From positions 5,058 to 69,057 of IMG/VR virus record IMGVR_UViG_3300009152_000004: 64,000 nucleotides of DNA; one strand, written 5' to 3'. The position numbers and the translations under genes were made by a program. Of this stretch, positions 1 through 9,033 are shown piece after piece. The number at the start of each line of letters is the position of its first letter. Position 1 is the first letter of the stretch. Source of the stretch: a virus. The notes under the pieces were generated by a model. That model was given only the letters and a program-made list of their open reading frames with translations. It did not search any database and was not told where the DNA came from.

Positions 1-2
1 TG

Positions 3-332
3 GTAGCGAAGGCGACGGAAGGGCCATGGGTTGAATCCGGTGGTAACGTAAAAACGAAAGCGCATTTTTCCAAGTGGGGTAAGTCATACCTCGAAGAAGG
101 AATGGTTAGCAAATTGGTATGTGTGCAACCACACGATGCCGAGCTAATCGCCTACCTCCGCAACCACTGCTCAGACTTCATCCGGCTGATGGAGGCGGCG
201 GAAGAAGCTGCCATTGCGCTAAACATGGGATTAGGTCAGCAAGAAGCAAAATACGAGCAGGCGGTAACGCAAGCAGTCAAGTCCAGAGACATGCTTACGG
301 AAGCCCTCGCCGCGTTCAAGGAGAAATCGTGA
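3..332 (+). CDS. Ead/Ea22-like phage protein, 5'-truncated by the window edge
   Basis: Frame is open from position 3: AKATEGPW...DAELIAYLRN resembles the ATPGPW...DAEFIA signature of Ead/Ea22-like proteins. Confidence 0.55.
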   Translation, partial: VAKATEGPWVESGGNVKTKAHFSKWGKSYLEEGMVSKLVCVQPHDAELIAYLRNHCSDFIRLMEAAEEAAIALNMGLGQQEAKYEQAVTQAVKSRDMLTEALAAFKEKS

Positions 333-448
333 GCATTTTCGGATTTGTTGCGGGGCTGTTCACCCTATTGGTGTGGCTGGAGTACGACGGATCGCTCGTC
401 GATGATCTGGCCCGGTGGTTGGAAAAGCATTTGAAAGTTAGTAAATGA
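329..448 (+). CDS. small membrane protein
   Basis: AAGGAG RBS, GTG start overlapping the upstream stop, one hydrophobic segment. Confidence 0.5.
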   Translation: MSIFGFVAGLFTLLVWLEYDGSLVDDLARWLEKHLKVSK

Positions 449-744
449 CACCTGAAGCCAAGGTCAAGAAAAAAGTTGTTGACATACTGAAGAAACACGG
501 GGCATACTATTTTTTCCCGGTGGCATCAGGTTACGCCCGCGCTGGTATCCCAGACATCATCGTATGTATTGGTGGTAGGTTTATAGCTATTGAATGCAAG
601 GCTGGTAATGGGAAGACGACCGCGTTGCAGGATAAGGAGATAGAGAAAATACACGCGGCGGGTGGTGTGGCGTTCGTTGTTAATGAGACAAATATCGATC
701 TGGTGGATAGCTTGCTGTCCGGTGGTTACAAAGCCTTTTTCTGA
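445..744 (+). CDS. VRR-NUC domain nuclease (PD-(D/E)XK, Holliday-junction resolvase-like)
   Basis: MTPEAKVK...GIPDII...FIAIECKA...TALQ...AAGG motifs. Confidence 0.88.
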   Translation: MTPEAKVKKKVVDILKKHGAYYFFPVASGYARAGIPDIIVCIGGRFIAIECKAGNGKTTALQDKEIEKIHAAGGVAFVVNETNIDLVDSLLSGGYKAFF

Positions 745-880
745 TTCCTAGCCCTCTCTCCAACCGCAAACACGGAGGCGGTTACCAGTTTGGCTGACAT
801 ATACCCGAGGGCGTGCTGCTCATGATGGAGGGTAAAGCCAGACACCGTGTACCCCTTAATTAAACGACAGGAGAAGTAAA

Positions 881-1231
881 ATGAAAACCAAGAAACGTAA
901 AACGACTAAAGCGCTGGTGGAAATGATGATTGAACAAGGTCTCAACAACAAAGAGATCACGGCGAAGCTGAAACACCGCAATACCAGTTACGCCTATGTA
1001 GCAGTTATCCGTTCCCAGTACCGTGCGCGTTTGGCGGAGGAGACACAGAAAGTAATAAAAGACGCGCTCCAATTCGCGCCCAAGCAACCTGAAGTGCCCG
1101 AAGTACCTGAAGTACCTGAAGTACCGAGACCGGGGCAACTGAGCCACTGGGAGCCCGTCGTATTTACCCCGCAACCCCCGCAGAAAACAGGGTTCTTTGA
1201 GTCCATCAAGCGCTTCTTCCAGTTTGCGTAA
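881..1231 (+). CDS. putative HTH DNA-binding protein with PEV tandem repeat
   Basis: AGGAG RBS; basic N-terminus with HTH-like GLNNKEITAKL..TSYAYVAVIR segment. Confidence 0.55.
   Translation: MKTKKRKTTKALVEMMIEQGLNNKEITAKLKHRNTSYAYVAVIRSQYRARLAEETQKVIKDALQFAPKQPEVPEVPEVPEVPRPGQLSHWEPVVFTPQPPQKTGFFESIKRFFQFA
1088..1123 (+). repeat. 9-bp tandem repeat x4 encoding PEV
   Basis: CCTGAAGTG CCCGAAGTA CCTGAAGTA CCTGAAGTA. Confidence 0.9.
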
Positions 1232-1268
1232 CCCATACGGAGCTTCGGCCCCGGTTTTTGGAGGCGAC

Positions 1269-1361
1269 ATGCTTTTATTCATTGCGTTTGTTTTATGCCT
1301 GATGGAAGAACCGGGCTGGGCGGCGCTGTTTCTGTTTGTTTACTGGTTGGTGGGCGATTAA
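1269..1361 (+). CDS. 30-aa hydrophobic peptide
   Basis: GGAGG RBS, MLLFIAFVLCLMEEPGWAALFLFVYWLVGD, fills the gap between genes. Confidence 0.5.
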   Translation: MLLFIAFVLCLMEEPGWAALFLFVYWLVGD

Positions 1362-1371
1362 AGGAGAAGTG

Positions 1372-1635
1372 ATGATCAAAAAAATCTGCAAGCACTGCAG
1401 GCAACCGATGGACCCGACAAACAACATGCATCATTGCAAGACTGCGCAACGGGTTATCTTCGGCGGTAACGACCGGGATTGGGACATCGTGTCCAGACCC
1501 AACTACACCATTGAGAATGCCCCTATCCCAACGCCTTCGTACGAACCCACACCCTCATATGACCCACCCGCAATTGAATCGGGCGGTGGGGACAGCGGCG
1601 GTGGTGGGGCCAGTGGTTCTTTTGGGAGTGATTGA
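1372..1635 (+). CDS. hypothetical protein with CxxC motif and Gly-rich C-terminus (GGGDSGGGGASGSF)
   Basis: AGGAG RBS, ORF track. Confidence 0.65.
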   Translation: MIKKICKHCRQPMDPTNNMHHCKTAQRVIFGGNDRDWDIVSRPNYTIENAPIPTPSYEPTPSYDPPAIESGGGDSGGGGASGSFGSD

Positions 1636-1636
1636 G

Positions 1637-1912
1637 ATGACAAAGCAATTCATGAAAGACGTAATGGAAACGCCACAAAAACCCCCTAAGCTGACGAGAC
1701 ATCAAGCTGCGGTTATCGGTGCCTATACCGGCGTACTCTGCGGCCCGGAGCGGGACATGCTGCACTACATCAGCCAGATCATGGGGCGTGACATCCACCC
1801 AATCGAACTGACCGTGAAGGAAATCGCATGGCAAGTAATGCAGAAAGCCAAGGAAGACTTTTTTGCGCTGGCGGCGAGGGATACAGATAAGGAGAATGGA
1901 GATGGTAACTGA
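1637..1912 (+). CDS. hypothetical phage protein
   Basis: ATG directly after the upstream stop; AAVIGAYTGVLCG motif. Confidence 0.6.
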   Translation: MTKQFMKDVMETPQKPPKLTRHQAAVIGAYTGVLCGPERDMLHYISQIMGRDIHPIELTVKEIAWQVMQKAKEDFFALAARDTDKENGDGN

Positions 1913-2135
1913 AGAGAAAGCGCTGGACGTGCAAGTGGGTGGCGACCACTACAAGAAGTTTAAAATTCAGCCGGTGGAGTTCATCCACGCCAACAACCTC
2001 CCCTACATTGAGGGTGCTATAATCAAGTACGCCTGCCGGTGGCGCAACAAGAACGGGGTCCAAGACTTGAACAAAATCAAGCACTTCGTGGACCTTCTGA
2101 TCGAACTTGAAGGAAGAAACACGCCGCCAAAATGA
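1896..2135 (+). CDS. DUF3310 / T7 gp1.7-like nucleotide kinase-domain protein
   Basis: QVGGDHYK..IQP.EFI....Y.EG.IIKY.CRW..KNG..DL.K signature. Confidence 0.82.
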   Translation: MEMVTEEKALDVQVGGDHYKKFKIQPVEFIHANNLPYIEGAIIKYACRWRNKNGVQDLNKIKHFVDLLIELEGRNTPPK

Positions 2136-2572
2136 CTCGCTACGTCACACGGAAAGTCGACATCGAAGACCGCCTAGTTCTGGAAACACTTGCGGCGATG
2201 AATCGTGAGTGCTTCAGTCGGGCGGAGTGGTGTGGGCGAATTCGTCCTGATCGTGGTGATTGGTGGATCGTGACATGCGATGGTAAGGAAGCCGCATATG
2301 CGGGGATGGTGCCTTCAGTCCGGTTTCATCGGGCGGGGTATCTGATCGCGGCGGCTGTCTTGCCAGCGTATAGGGGGCATGGGTTACATAAGCGGCTGGT
2401 CAAAGCGCGTATCAAGCAGGCTAGGGCGTATGGGTGGACGCAGCTTTTTACGGAAACCATCAATGATAACGCCCATTCTGCAAACAATCTCATTGAGTGC
2501 GGGTTCCGGCAATTCAAACCTGACACGCCTTGGGGCTCACCATATGCAGTTTACTGGAGACTGAAGTTATGA
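2132..2572 (+). CDS. GNAT-family N-acetyltransferase
   Basis: Acetyl-CoA motif A AVLPAYRGHGLHKRL and motif B N..SANNLIECGF. Confidence 0.85.
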   Translation: MTRYVTRKVDIEDRLVLETLAAMNRECFSRAEWCGRIRPDRGDWWIVTCDGKEAAYAGMVPSVRFHRAGYLIAAAVLPAYRGHGLHKRLVKARIKQARAYGWTQLFTETINDNAHSANNLIECGFRQFKPDTPWGSPYAVYWRLKL

Positions 2573-2763
2573 CAACGCACGGAGAGAAGCTGGAAGCCGC
2601 TGTCGCATACCTGCGCAGTAGGAACAAGTACATTACCGATGAGAACTGCGATTTCGTCCCGACCAACCGCGCCAGCACCGACGTCGCTGACACCATACGC
2701 GACTACAAGATCGAGATGGAAGGCGGGAGCCGGATGAAGCTGGTAGGTAGGGGGAAGAAGTGA
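2569..2763 (+). CDS. hypothetical protein
   Basis: ATGA overlap with the upstream gene. Confidence 0.6.
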   Translation: MTTHGEKLEAAVAYLRSRNKYITDENCDFVPTNRASTDVADTIRDYKIEMEGGSRMKLVGRGKK

Positions 2764-2960
2764 AACACAAACCCCAAGATCGCTATGCCCTGCTTCGGGC
2801 GATAGAATACAAGCACAAACCAAAAGCACAGAGTGACTTCCACGACCGGTACTACAAATCGTTTGGCAGATGTTTGCTGCAGGAGTATTGGTTCACGGCG
2901 GAGGATGCGATGGCATTTGGTGAGGGCGGAGGATATGGGATGACCGATGAACGACATTGA
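2760..2960 (+). CDS. hypothetical protein
   Basis: GTGA overlap, ORF track. Confidence 0.5.
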   Translation: MKHKPQDRYALLRAIEYKHKPKAQSDFHDRYYKSFGRCLLQEYWFTAEDAMAFGEGGGYGMTDERH

Positions 2961-3099
2961 ATGGGCCGCTTTGATTGTAGCTGCCTGCGCGACATCGTAC
3001 GTGTTGGGTTTATGTGCGGGCAGTCAAGAATGTAGATCGGGCCCACTACCGGACCTGTCTTTTATACAACGTCACTTTGGACTAATGAGGAATCTGTAA
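2947..3099 (+). CDS. small hydrophobic protein (MNDIEWAALIVAAC...)
   Basis: Translated by hand, 50 aa, fills the gap and couples to the next ATG. Confidence 0.45.
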   Translation: MNDIEWAALIVAACATSYVLGLCAGSQECRSGPLPDLSFIQRHFGLMRNL

Positions 3100-3347
3100 T
3101 GAGCGCAAAAAGCAGTGCATGGTTAAACGAAGAAATGTATCGTATCAACGGCGTGCACTTGGTTTACAGAACTATCACGCTGGGCGATATCCCCCACCAC
3201 GAAATCCGAATGCCCGGTATTGGCTGGATGCCCGGAGTTGACGAACGTAAAGTCGCCCGTGGTATTATGGCTGATCATCTCAAACGTCGCTGCCACGAAC
3301 TGGGCTGGGAATTTGTACCCCCCTCCAAGAAACGCCTCGCAGCATAA
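3099..3347 (+). CDS. hypothetical protein
   Basis: GAGG RBS, ORF track. Confidence 0.6.
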   Translation: MSAKSSAWLNEEMYRINGVHLVYRTITLGDIPHHEIRMPGIGWMPGVDERKVARGIMADHLKRRCHELGWEFVPPSKKRLAA

Positions 3348-3353
3348 CTCCCC

Positions 3354-3530
3354 ATGAAACACCGCACGAAGAAGCACGCGCAGCCTGAATTTAAAAACAA
3401 TAGAGAGCAAATGAAGCTCAATATGGCCGCGCGGAAACGCCTTGAAGAAATACGAGACGAGGAAGACGAAGATGAAATCGAACAAGCTGCAAGGCGATAC
3501 GAGCGAGACCCAGACCCCGGCGGAGATTAA
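3354..3530 (+). CDS. hypothetical charged protein (MKHRTKK...)
   Basis: Translated by hand, 58 aa. Confidence 0.4.
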   Translation: MKHRTKKHAQPEFKNNREQMKLNMAARKRLEEIRDEEDEDEIEQAARRYERDPDPGGD

Positions 3531-3747
3531 AGCCCTCTTGAAGCTGAGTGGGGTGGAAGTGGTTGAAACTCTGTTTGAAGCATATGGCGGCGAACACGAC
3601 AAGTCACTCCACGATAACTACGGGCCGACCTATTGGCGGGTGATGGTGAGGCCATACAGTGGTGGTAAAGCCTTCCGATCCGCCCAACGGGACACCGCAT
3701 GGCAACAGGTATGGGAGTGGTACAAACGTGGAGAGGATTTAAAATGA
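3472..3747 (+). CDS. small protein of the E..AL.KL.G paralogue family
   Basis: TPAEIKALLKLSGV; start uncertain. Confidence 0.6.
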   Translation: MKSNKLQGDTSETQTPAEIKALLKLSGVEVVETLFEAYGGEHDKSLHDNYGPTYWRVMVRPYSGGKAFRSAQRDTAWQQVWEWYKRGEDLK

Positions 3748-3953
3748 CCGAAGAAGAATTGAAGGCCCTGTTGTTGGTGGAGGGGTTTGAGCTACATGTA
3801 TACCCAACAGCTACAGACCCGGACGCGTTGTGGATGGTTGATTTTAATGACATGCACGGTCGCCGCAAAATCCCGGCGAACTCCACAAACAACACACGCG
3901 AAGAAGCCGTGCAGCAGGCGGTTGGTTACTACAAACTGGGCCCCCTACGATGA
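3744..3953 (+). CDS. small protein of the E..AL.KL.G paralogue family
   Basis: MTEEELKALLLVEGF...NTREEAVQQA. Confidence 0.65.
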   Translation: MTEEELKALLLVEGFELHVYPTATDPDALWMVDFNDMHGRRKIPANSTNNTREEAVQQAVGYYKLGPLR

Positions 3954-5821
3954 AAAAAAGACAACTGGTGACGCTGGATTTTGAAACTTTTTACGACAAA
4001 GAGTATTCGCTGCGCAAGCTGACGATGGAGGACTATATTCGTCACGACTTGTTTGAAGTTATCGGGGTGTCGGTAAAAATCGATGATGGCCCAACACAAT
4101 GGTTTTCAGGAGGCCACAATGCCACACAGACTTTTCTCGACCAATTTGATTGGTCTAATTCTATGCTTCTCGCCCACAATACCGCCTTTGATGGGGCTAT
4201 TCTTAACTGGCGGTTCGGCATCCGACCGTACGCTCTGGCTGACACTATGTCTATGGCTAATGCTGTCGGTGATGGTGCTGGGTCTGTTAGCTTGGCGGCG
4301 TTATCGGAGAAGTATCAGCTAGGCACCAAGGGCACTGAAGTACTGAATGCGTTGGGTAAACGTCGTTTGGATTTTACGCCGGACGAGTTGGCAGCGTACG
4401 GAGAGTATTGCAGCAACGACGTCGATCTGTGCTACCTGCTGTTCCAGCTTATGCTGGCGAGAGGGTTCCCCACCCAAGAACTAAAGCTGGTCGATTTGAC
4501 TCTGCGGATGTTTACGGAGCCGGTGCTGGAACTGGACCTGTCACTGCTGGAGGGCCATCTGGAAGACCTGCGCATCAAGAAGCAGGAACTGCTGAATAAC
4601 ATCTCGTGCAGCAAAGAAGACTTGATGTCCAACCCCAAATTTGCGGAAGTTTTGCGTAGTATGGGTATCGACCCCCCGATGAAGATCAGCCCAGCTACGG
4701 GCCGGGAGACCTACGCCTTCGCTAAGACCGATGAGGCATTCAAGGCCCTGCCAGAGCAGTACCCCGAAGACACACCCATGCGGTTTGTTGTTGAGGCCCT
4801 TGTTGCTGCCCGGACGGGGTTGAAGTCGACACTGGAGGAGACCCGCACTGAACGCTTTATCGCCATAGCCAAGCGCGGCAAACTGTCGGTGCCAATTAAG
4901 TATAGCGGTACCAAGACCAAGCGTTGGTCGGGTGAGGGCGGAGGTATCAACATGCAAAACCTGCCCAAGAAGTCCCCCCTAAAGAAAGCCATACGCGCCC
5001 CCAAGGATCACTATGTTATCGGTGCTGACCTGTCAAATATCGAACTGCGCGTGGGGTTGTGGTTTGGTGGTATGGCGAACAAGCTGAAACTGATCGCTGG
5101 CGGTGTCGATCTATACCGCGACTTCATTGCCCCCGTGTTCGATGTCCCCTACGCCCAAGTAAACCCAGACCAACGATTTATCGGCAAGACCTCACAACTC
5201 AGTCTGATCTACGGTGTTGGGGCCAAGAAACTCCGGCAGGCGATCATTACCGGCTCCATGATGTACCTCCAGAAGAAGATTGACATTGGCGATGCCGAAG
5301 CGGACCGCATCGTGAAACTGTATCGCAACGAGTATCACGGTATTGTCGACGCGTGGTATGAAGGTGACCGGGTTCTGGAAGCCATACTGAACGACCGATA
5401 CATGGAATATGGCCCGGGGGGTGTGGTGCAAGTGCATGGCAGCAAAGGCATTCTCCTGCCATCTGGTCTGTATATGTCATACCCGGGGCTCCACAAAATG
5501 CAGGCGGACGGCAGGACACAATGGCGCTACAAGAGCCGTAAAGGATGGGAATACATCTATGGTGCAAAGGTCTTCCAACAAACCATTCAGGCCCTAGCCC
5601 GCTGCATTATGGGTGATGGTATGCTGCGTATCCGGAAAGTACTTCCCGAGTGCCCAATTGCGTTGACGGTGCATGACGCGGCCTACCCGATAGCTCACAA
5701 AACGCGGGCGCAGGAGGTACTGGACACGGTGATCCGGCTGTTGTGTGTCCCACCGGACTGGGGCCGAGATATCCCGCTGGCTGCAGAGGGTGGGTTTGGT
5801 GAAACTTTGAAAGATTGCTGA
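3950..5821 (+). CDS. polA: family A DNA polymerase with 3'-5' exonuclease domain
   Basis: Exo I LDFET, Exo II HNTAFD, Exo III YCSND; motif A DLSNIELR, motif B RFIGKTSQLSLIYG, motif C VHD. Confidence 0.95.
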   Translation: MKKRQLVTLDFETFYDKEYSLRKLTMEDYIRHDLFEVIGVSVKIDDGPTQWFSGGHNATQTFLDQFDWSNSMLLAHNTAFDGAILNWRFGIRPYALADTMSMANAVGDGAGSVSLAALSEKYQLGTKGTEVLNALGKRRLDFTPDELAAYGEYCSNDVDLCYLLFQLMLARGFPTQELKLVDLTLRMFTEPVLELDLSLLEGHLEDLRIKKQELLNNISCSKEDLMSNPKFAEVLRSMGIDPPMKISPATGRETYAFAKTDEAFKALPEQYPEDTPMRFVVEALVAARTGLKSTLEETRTERFIAIAKRGKLSVPIKYSGTKTKRWSGEGGGINMQNLPKKSPLKKAIRAPKDHYVIGADLSNIELRVGLWFGGMANKLKLIAGGVDLYRDFIAPVFDVPYAQVNPDQRFIGKTSQLSLIYGVGAKKLRQAIITGSMMYLQKKIDIGDAEADRIVKLYRNEYHGIVDAWYEGDRVLEAILNDRYMEYGPGGVVQVHGSKGILLPSGLYMSYPGLHKMQADGRTQWRYKSRKGWEYIYGAKVFQQTIQALARCIMGDGMLRIRKVLPECPIALTVHDAAYPIAHKTRAQEVLDTVIRLLCVPPDWGRDIPLAAEGGFGETLKDC

Positions 5822-5823
5822 AC

Positions 5824-6135
5824 ATGGATTATTCGGAATTGTGGCTACGCAGCAAAACGGCGTTACGGGCTATGGATGACGCCATCCTCACGGGAGAGTA
5901 TGATCGCGCTGAGAAGATCGCTGATGAACTTGTGGTTGAAATCAGACTCTTACGAAACGCTGTCATTCTTGAACGAGAGAGGAAATGCCCCGATGAGCAT
6001 AAAATGGTCGTACAGCAGTCTGTCTCTGTTCCAGCAGTGCCCGAAGAAATACCACCGGTTGCGAGTGGTGAAGGACATCAAGGAGCCCCCGTCGGAGCAG
6101 ATGCGGTACGGTTTGGACGCCCACAAAGCGGCTGA
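5824..6135 (+). CDS. hypothetical helical protein, 3' end overlapping the next gene
   Basis: MDYSELWL...; starts right after the polA stop. Confidence 0.5.
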   Translation: MDYSELWLRSKTALRAMDDAILTGEYDRAEKIADELVVEIRLLRNAVILERERKCPDEHKMVVQQSVSVPAVPEEIPPVASGEGHQGAPVGADAVRFGRPQSG

Positions 6136-6655
6136 AGAATATGTACGTGACGGCACTCCACTACCCGCTGGGTTTGCATTTTTACAACCGGTATTAGACA
6201 AACTGAAGGCCCTGCCGGGAGAGAAATTGTGCGAGTTCAAGCTGGGGTTGACTGAGGAGTTGGAGCCGTGTGACTTTTTTGCCGAGAACGTATGGTGGCG
6301 CGGCATCGCAGACTTGTTGATTATCGATGGGGATACGGCCCGGGTGTTGGACTACAAAACGGGCAAAGACAAGTATGCGGACAAGAAGCAGTTGGAGTTG
6401 CTGTCGTTGGCGGTGTTCAAGCACTTCCCGCATGTGAAGAAGGTAAAGGCGGGTCTATTGTTTGTGATCCACACCAACTTCATCAAAGAAGATTACCCAC
6501 GCGAAAAAGAAGCAGCGATGTGGGCGAAGTGGTTGCCGGAGACAGATCGACTGGAGACGGCGTATGAGGATGATGTGTGGAACCCGAAGCCAAACTTTAC
6601 TTGTCGGGCGTGGTGCCCGGTGATGGACTGCCCACATAACGGGAAAACGAGATAG
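5993..6655 (+). CDS. Cas4/RecB-like PD-(D/E)XK exonuclease
   Basis: WSYSSLSLFQQCP, GIADLL, DYKTG, QLELL, C-terminal CxWCxxxxC Fe-S cluster motif. Confidence 0.9.
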   Translation: MSIKWSYSSLSLFQQCPKKYHRLRVVKDIKEPPSEQMRYGLDAHKAAEEYVRDGTPLPAGFAFLQPVLDKLKALPGEKLCEFKLGLTEELEPCDFFAENVWWRGIADLLIIDGDTARVLDYKTGKDKYADKKQLELLSLAVFKHFPHVKKVKAGLLFVIHTNFIKEDYPREKEAAMWAKWLPETDRLETAYEDDVWNPKPNFTCRAWCPVMDCPHNGKTR

Positions 6656-6663
6656 GAGTTGAC

Positions 6664-6951
6664 ATGCCCTACGTAAACAAAAAACGCCCTTATGGGCGGG
6701 AATACGCCCAATATCAAGGCACTCCTGAGCAGATCAGAAACCGCGCCAAGCGCAACAAGGCCCGTGCTGAGATGATGAAAAAAGGCAAGGTGCACAAGGG
6801 TGATGGCATGGACGTTGATCATACAGTGCCAATCAGCAAAGGCGGCGGGAACTCTTCCAGCAATCTGCGTGTCAGAACAGACAATGAGAACCGCAGCTTT
6901 AGCCGCAACAGTGATCGGTCAGTGAAGCGGAACTCCCCGAAGAAAAAGTAA
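6664..6951 (+). CDS. HNH endonuclease
   Basis: DVDHTVPISKGGGN..SNLRV....NR. Confidence 0.85.
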   Translation: MPYVNKKRPYGREYAQYQGTPEQIRNRAKRNKARAEMMKKGKVHKGDGMDVDHTVPISKGGGNSSSNLRVRTDNENRSFSRNSDRSVKRNSPKKK

Positions 6952-6959
6952 CCGAATGA

Positions 6960-6988
6960 TTGACCCCGGACGGGCCGGGGTGTAGGAT
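6960..6988 (+). promoter_or_regulatory. sigma70-like promoter of the helicase operon
   Basis: TTGACC-17 bp-TAGGAT in the intergenic gap. Confidence 0.55.
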
Positions 6989-7047
6989 GGTGGAAATAAC
7001 GGGTGGGCGCAAAAGACGCTTTCACCCGATAACCTTTTGGAGAGACG

Positions 7048-8604
7048 GTGGAAATAGTCGGCAACAAGGCACTTCGTATCCGTGTCCGCAACCCGAAGCG
7101 GATCACAAATGTCATCCCGAAAAGCGCGATGATCGACGACCACGAAGTGCTAGTGAAGTGGGGGCTGGACGAATGTCAGGTGTTGAAAAACCTTGGCGTC
7201 AAGAACATCCCGTCACCAATCACCAAAGACTATAAATGGCCGGGGCTGTTTCAACCGTTTGACCACCAGCGCACTACCGCTGAATTCCTGACACTCAACC
7301 GCCGTGGGTTTTGTTTCAACGAGCAAGGCACTGGTAAAACCGCCAGCGTGATCTGGGCGGCTGACTACCTCATGAACATCGGGAAAGTGCGCAGGGTGCT
7401 GGTGCTGTGCCCGCTGTCGATCATGGGCTCTGCGTGGCAGAATGATCTGTTCAGGTTTGCAATGCACAGAACCACAGCCATTGCCCACAACCGTGACGGA
7501 CGCAAGCGTAAGGAAGTTATCGACAGTGATGCTGAGTTTGTGATCATCAACTACGATGGGTTGGAGATTGTGTCCCCGGACGTGATCGCGGACGGTCGGT
7601 TTGACCTCATTGTTGTTGATGAAGCCAACGCATACAAGAACCCGACTACCAAGCGTTGGAAGACCCTGAACAAGATCATCCGGCCCGATACATGGCTGTG
7701 GATGCTTACAGGAACCCCGGCGTCACAGGCCCCCACCGATGCGTATGGTCTGGCGAAGCTGGTCAACCCCGGGGGTGTACCGAAGTTTGCGGGGGCGTTC
7801 CGTGATCTGGTGATGAACAAGATTACGCAGTTCAAGTGGACTCCCAAGATGGACGCTGTGGAGACCGTGCACAGGGTGCTGCAGCCTGCGATACGCTTTA
7901 CAAAAGAGCAGTGTTTGGACTTGCCCGACATGATGTATGTGATGCGGGATGTGCCCCTGTCAAAGCAGCAGGAAAAGTATTATAAACAAATGCGCACGGA
8001 GATGTTGACGGTGGCGGCGGGTGAAGAGATCAGCGCCGTGAATGCCGCAGCAAAGTTGACTAAATTACTACAGATATCATGTGGTGCGGTATACGCCGAC
8101 AGTAAAGAGATTGTGGACTTCGACTGCAAAGGCCGCATGGATGTTTTGAAAGAAATCATTGACGAGTCGAGTCATAAGGTTTTAATATTCGCTCCATACC
8201 GCCATAGCATCTACGCAATTGCAGCAGAACTAAAGCACTGCGGTTACACACTGGATGTGATCGACGGCGGTGTGCCCCCGAATAGACGCACTGAAATATT
8301 CAACAAGTTTCAGACAACCGATGAACCACGCATTCTGGTGATTCAACCACAGGCAGCTTCGCATGGCGTTACGCTGCACGCAGCAAACACAGTTGTGTAT
8401 TGGTCGCCAGTTATGTCCGTAGAAACGTATCTTCAAGCGAACGCCCGGGTGCATCGGGCGGGCCAGAAAAATAAAGTCACCATCATGCACCTGCAGGGAA
8501 GTCCTGTTGAACGCAAGCTGTATAAAATGTTGAGTGGCAAAGTGGACATCCACGAAAAATTAGTTGATCTATATAAAGAGGAATTAGGAGAAAGCAATGA
8601 CTGA
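7048..8604 (+). CDS. SNF2-family SF2 helicase
   Basis: EQGTGKT, VVDEA, LTGTP, HGVTL, QANARVHRAGQ. Confidence 0.93.
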   Translation: MEIVGNKALRIRVRNPKRITNVIPKSAMIDDHEVLVKWGLDECQVLKNLGVKNIPSPITKDYKWPGLFQPFDHQRTTAEFLTLNRRGFCFNEQGTGKTASVIWAADYLMNIGKVRRVLVLCPLSIMGSAWQNDLFRFAMHRTTAIAHNRDGRKRKEVIDSDAEFVIINYDGLEIVSPDVIADGRFDLIVVDEANAYKNPTTKRWKTLNKIIRPDTWLWMLTGTPASQAPTDAYGLAKLVNPGGVPKFAGAFRDLVMNKITQFKWTPKMDAVETVHRVLQPAIRFTKEQCLDLPDMMYVMRDVPLSKQQEKYYKQMRTEMLTVAAGEEISAVNAAAKLTKLLQISCGAVYADSKEIVDFDCKGRMDVLKEIIDESSHKVLIFAPYRHSIYAIAAELKHCGYTLDVIDGGVPPNRRTEIFNKFQTTDEPRILVIQPQAASHGVTLHAANTVVYWSPVMSVETYLQANARVHRAGQKNKVTIMHLQGSPVERKLYKMLSGKVDIHEKLVDLYKEELGESND

Positions 8605-9019
8605 TGCAGTAACACAAGCACGGGAGCCTTCTGTCCCCGTGGACAAACTGATGAAGATTTTTATCAAAATTCGTGACTCAAGGGAGGCGCTATCGCGTAA
8701 ATACGAGGAAGATGATGGGTTGCTGAAAGACCAGCAGGAAGTGATCAAGACACAGATTCTGGAAGTATGTAAGGAGTTGAATCTGGATAGCCTCAAGACC
8801 ACCGCAGGCACCGCTACCCGCTCGGTCAAAACACGCTACTGGTCTTCGGACTGGGGCGCGTTGCATGAGTTTGTCAAGGAGCATGACGCGATGGACCTGA
8901 TGGAACGGCGCGTGCACCAGACGAATATGAAGCAGTTTCTGGCGGAGAACCCTGATGTCCGTATCCCGGGCCTCAACTCTGACAGCTACTACGACATTAC
9001 TGTTCGACGCAGCAAATAA
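8597..9019 (+). CDS. conserved phage replication-module protein (coiled coil plus small beta domain)
   Basis: AGGAG RBS, located between the helicase and SSB-like genes. Confidence 0.7.
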   Translation: MTDAVTQAREPSVPVDKLMKIFIKIRDSREALSRKYEEDDGLLKDQQEVIKTQILEVCKELNLDSLKTTAGTATRSVKTRYWSSDWGALHEFVKEHDAMDLMERRVHQTNMKQFLAENPDVRIPGLNSDSYYDITVRRSK

Positions 9020-9033
9020 ACAAGGAGAAGTGA

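Noticed and set aside
5993-6655. Cas4-like gene as evidence of a CRISPR-Cas system
   Set aside because: Solo Cas4-like exonucleases are common in phage replication modules; no cas1/cas2 or array present
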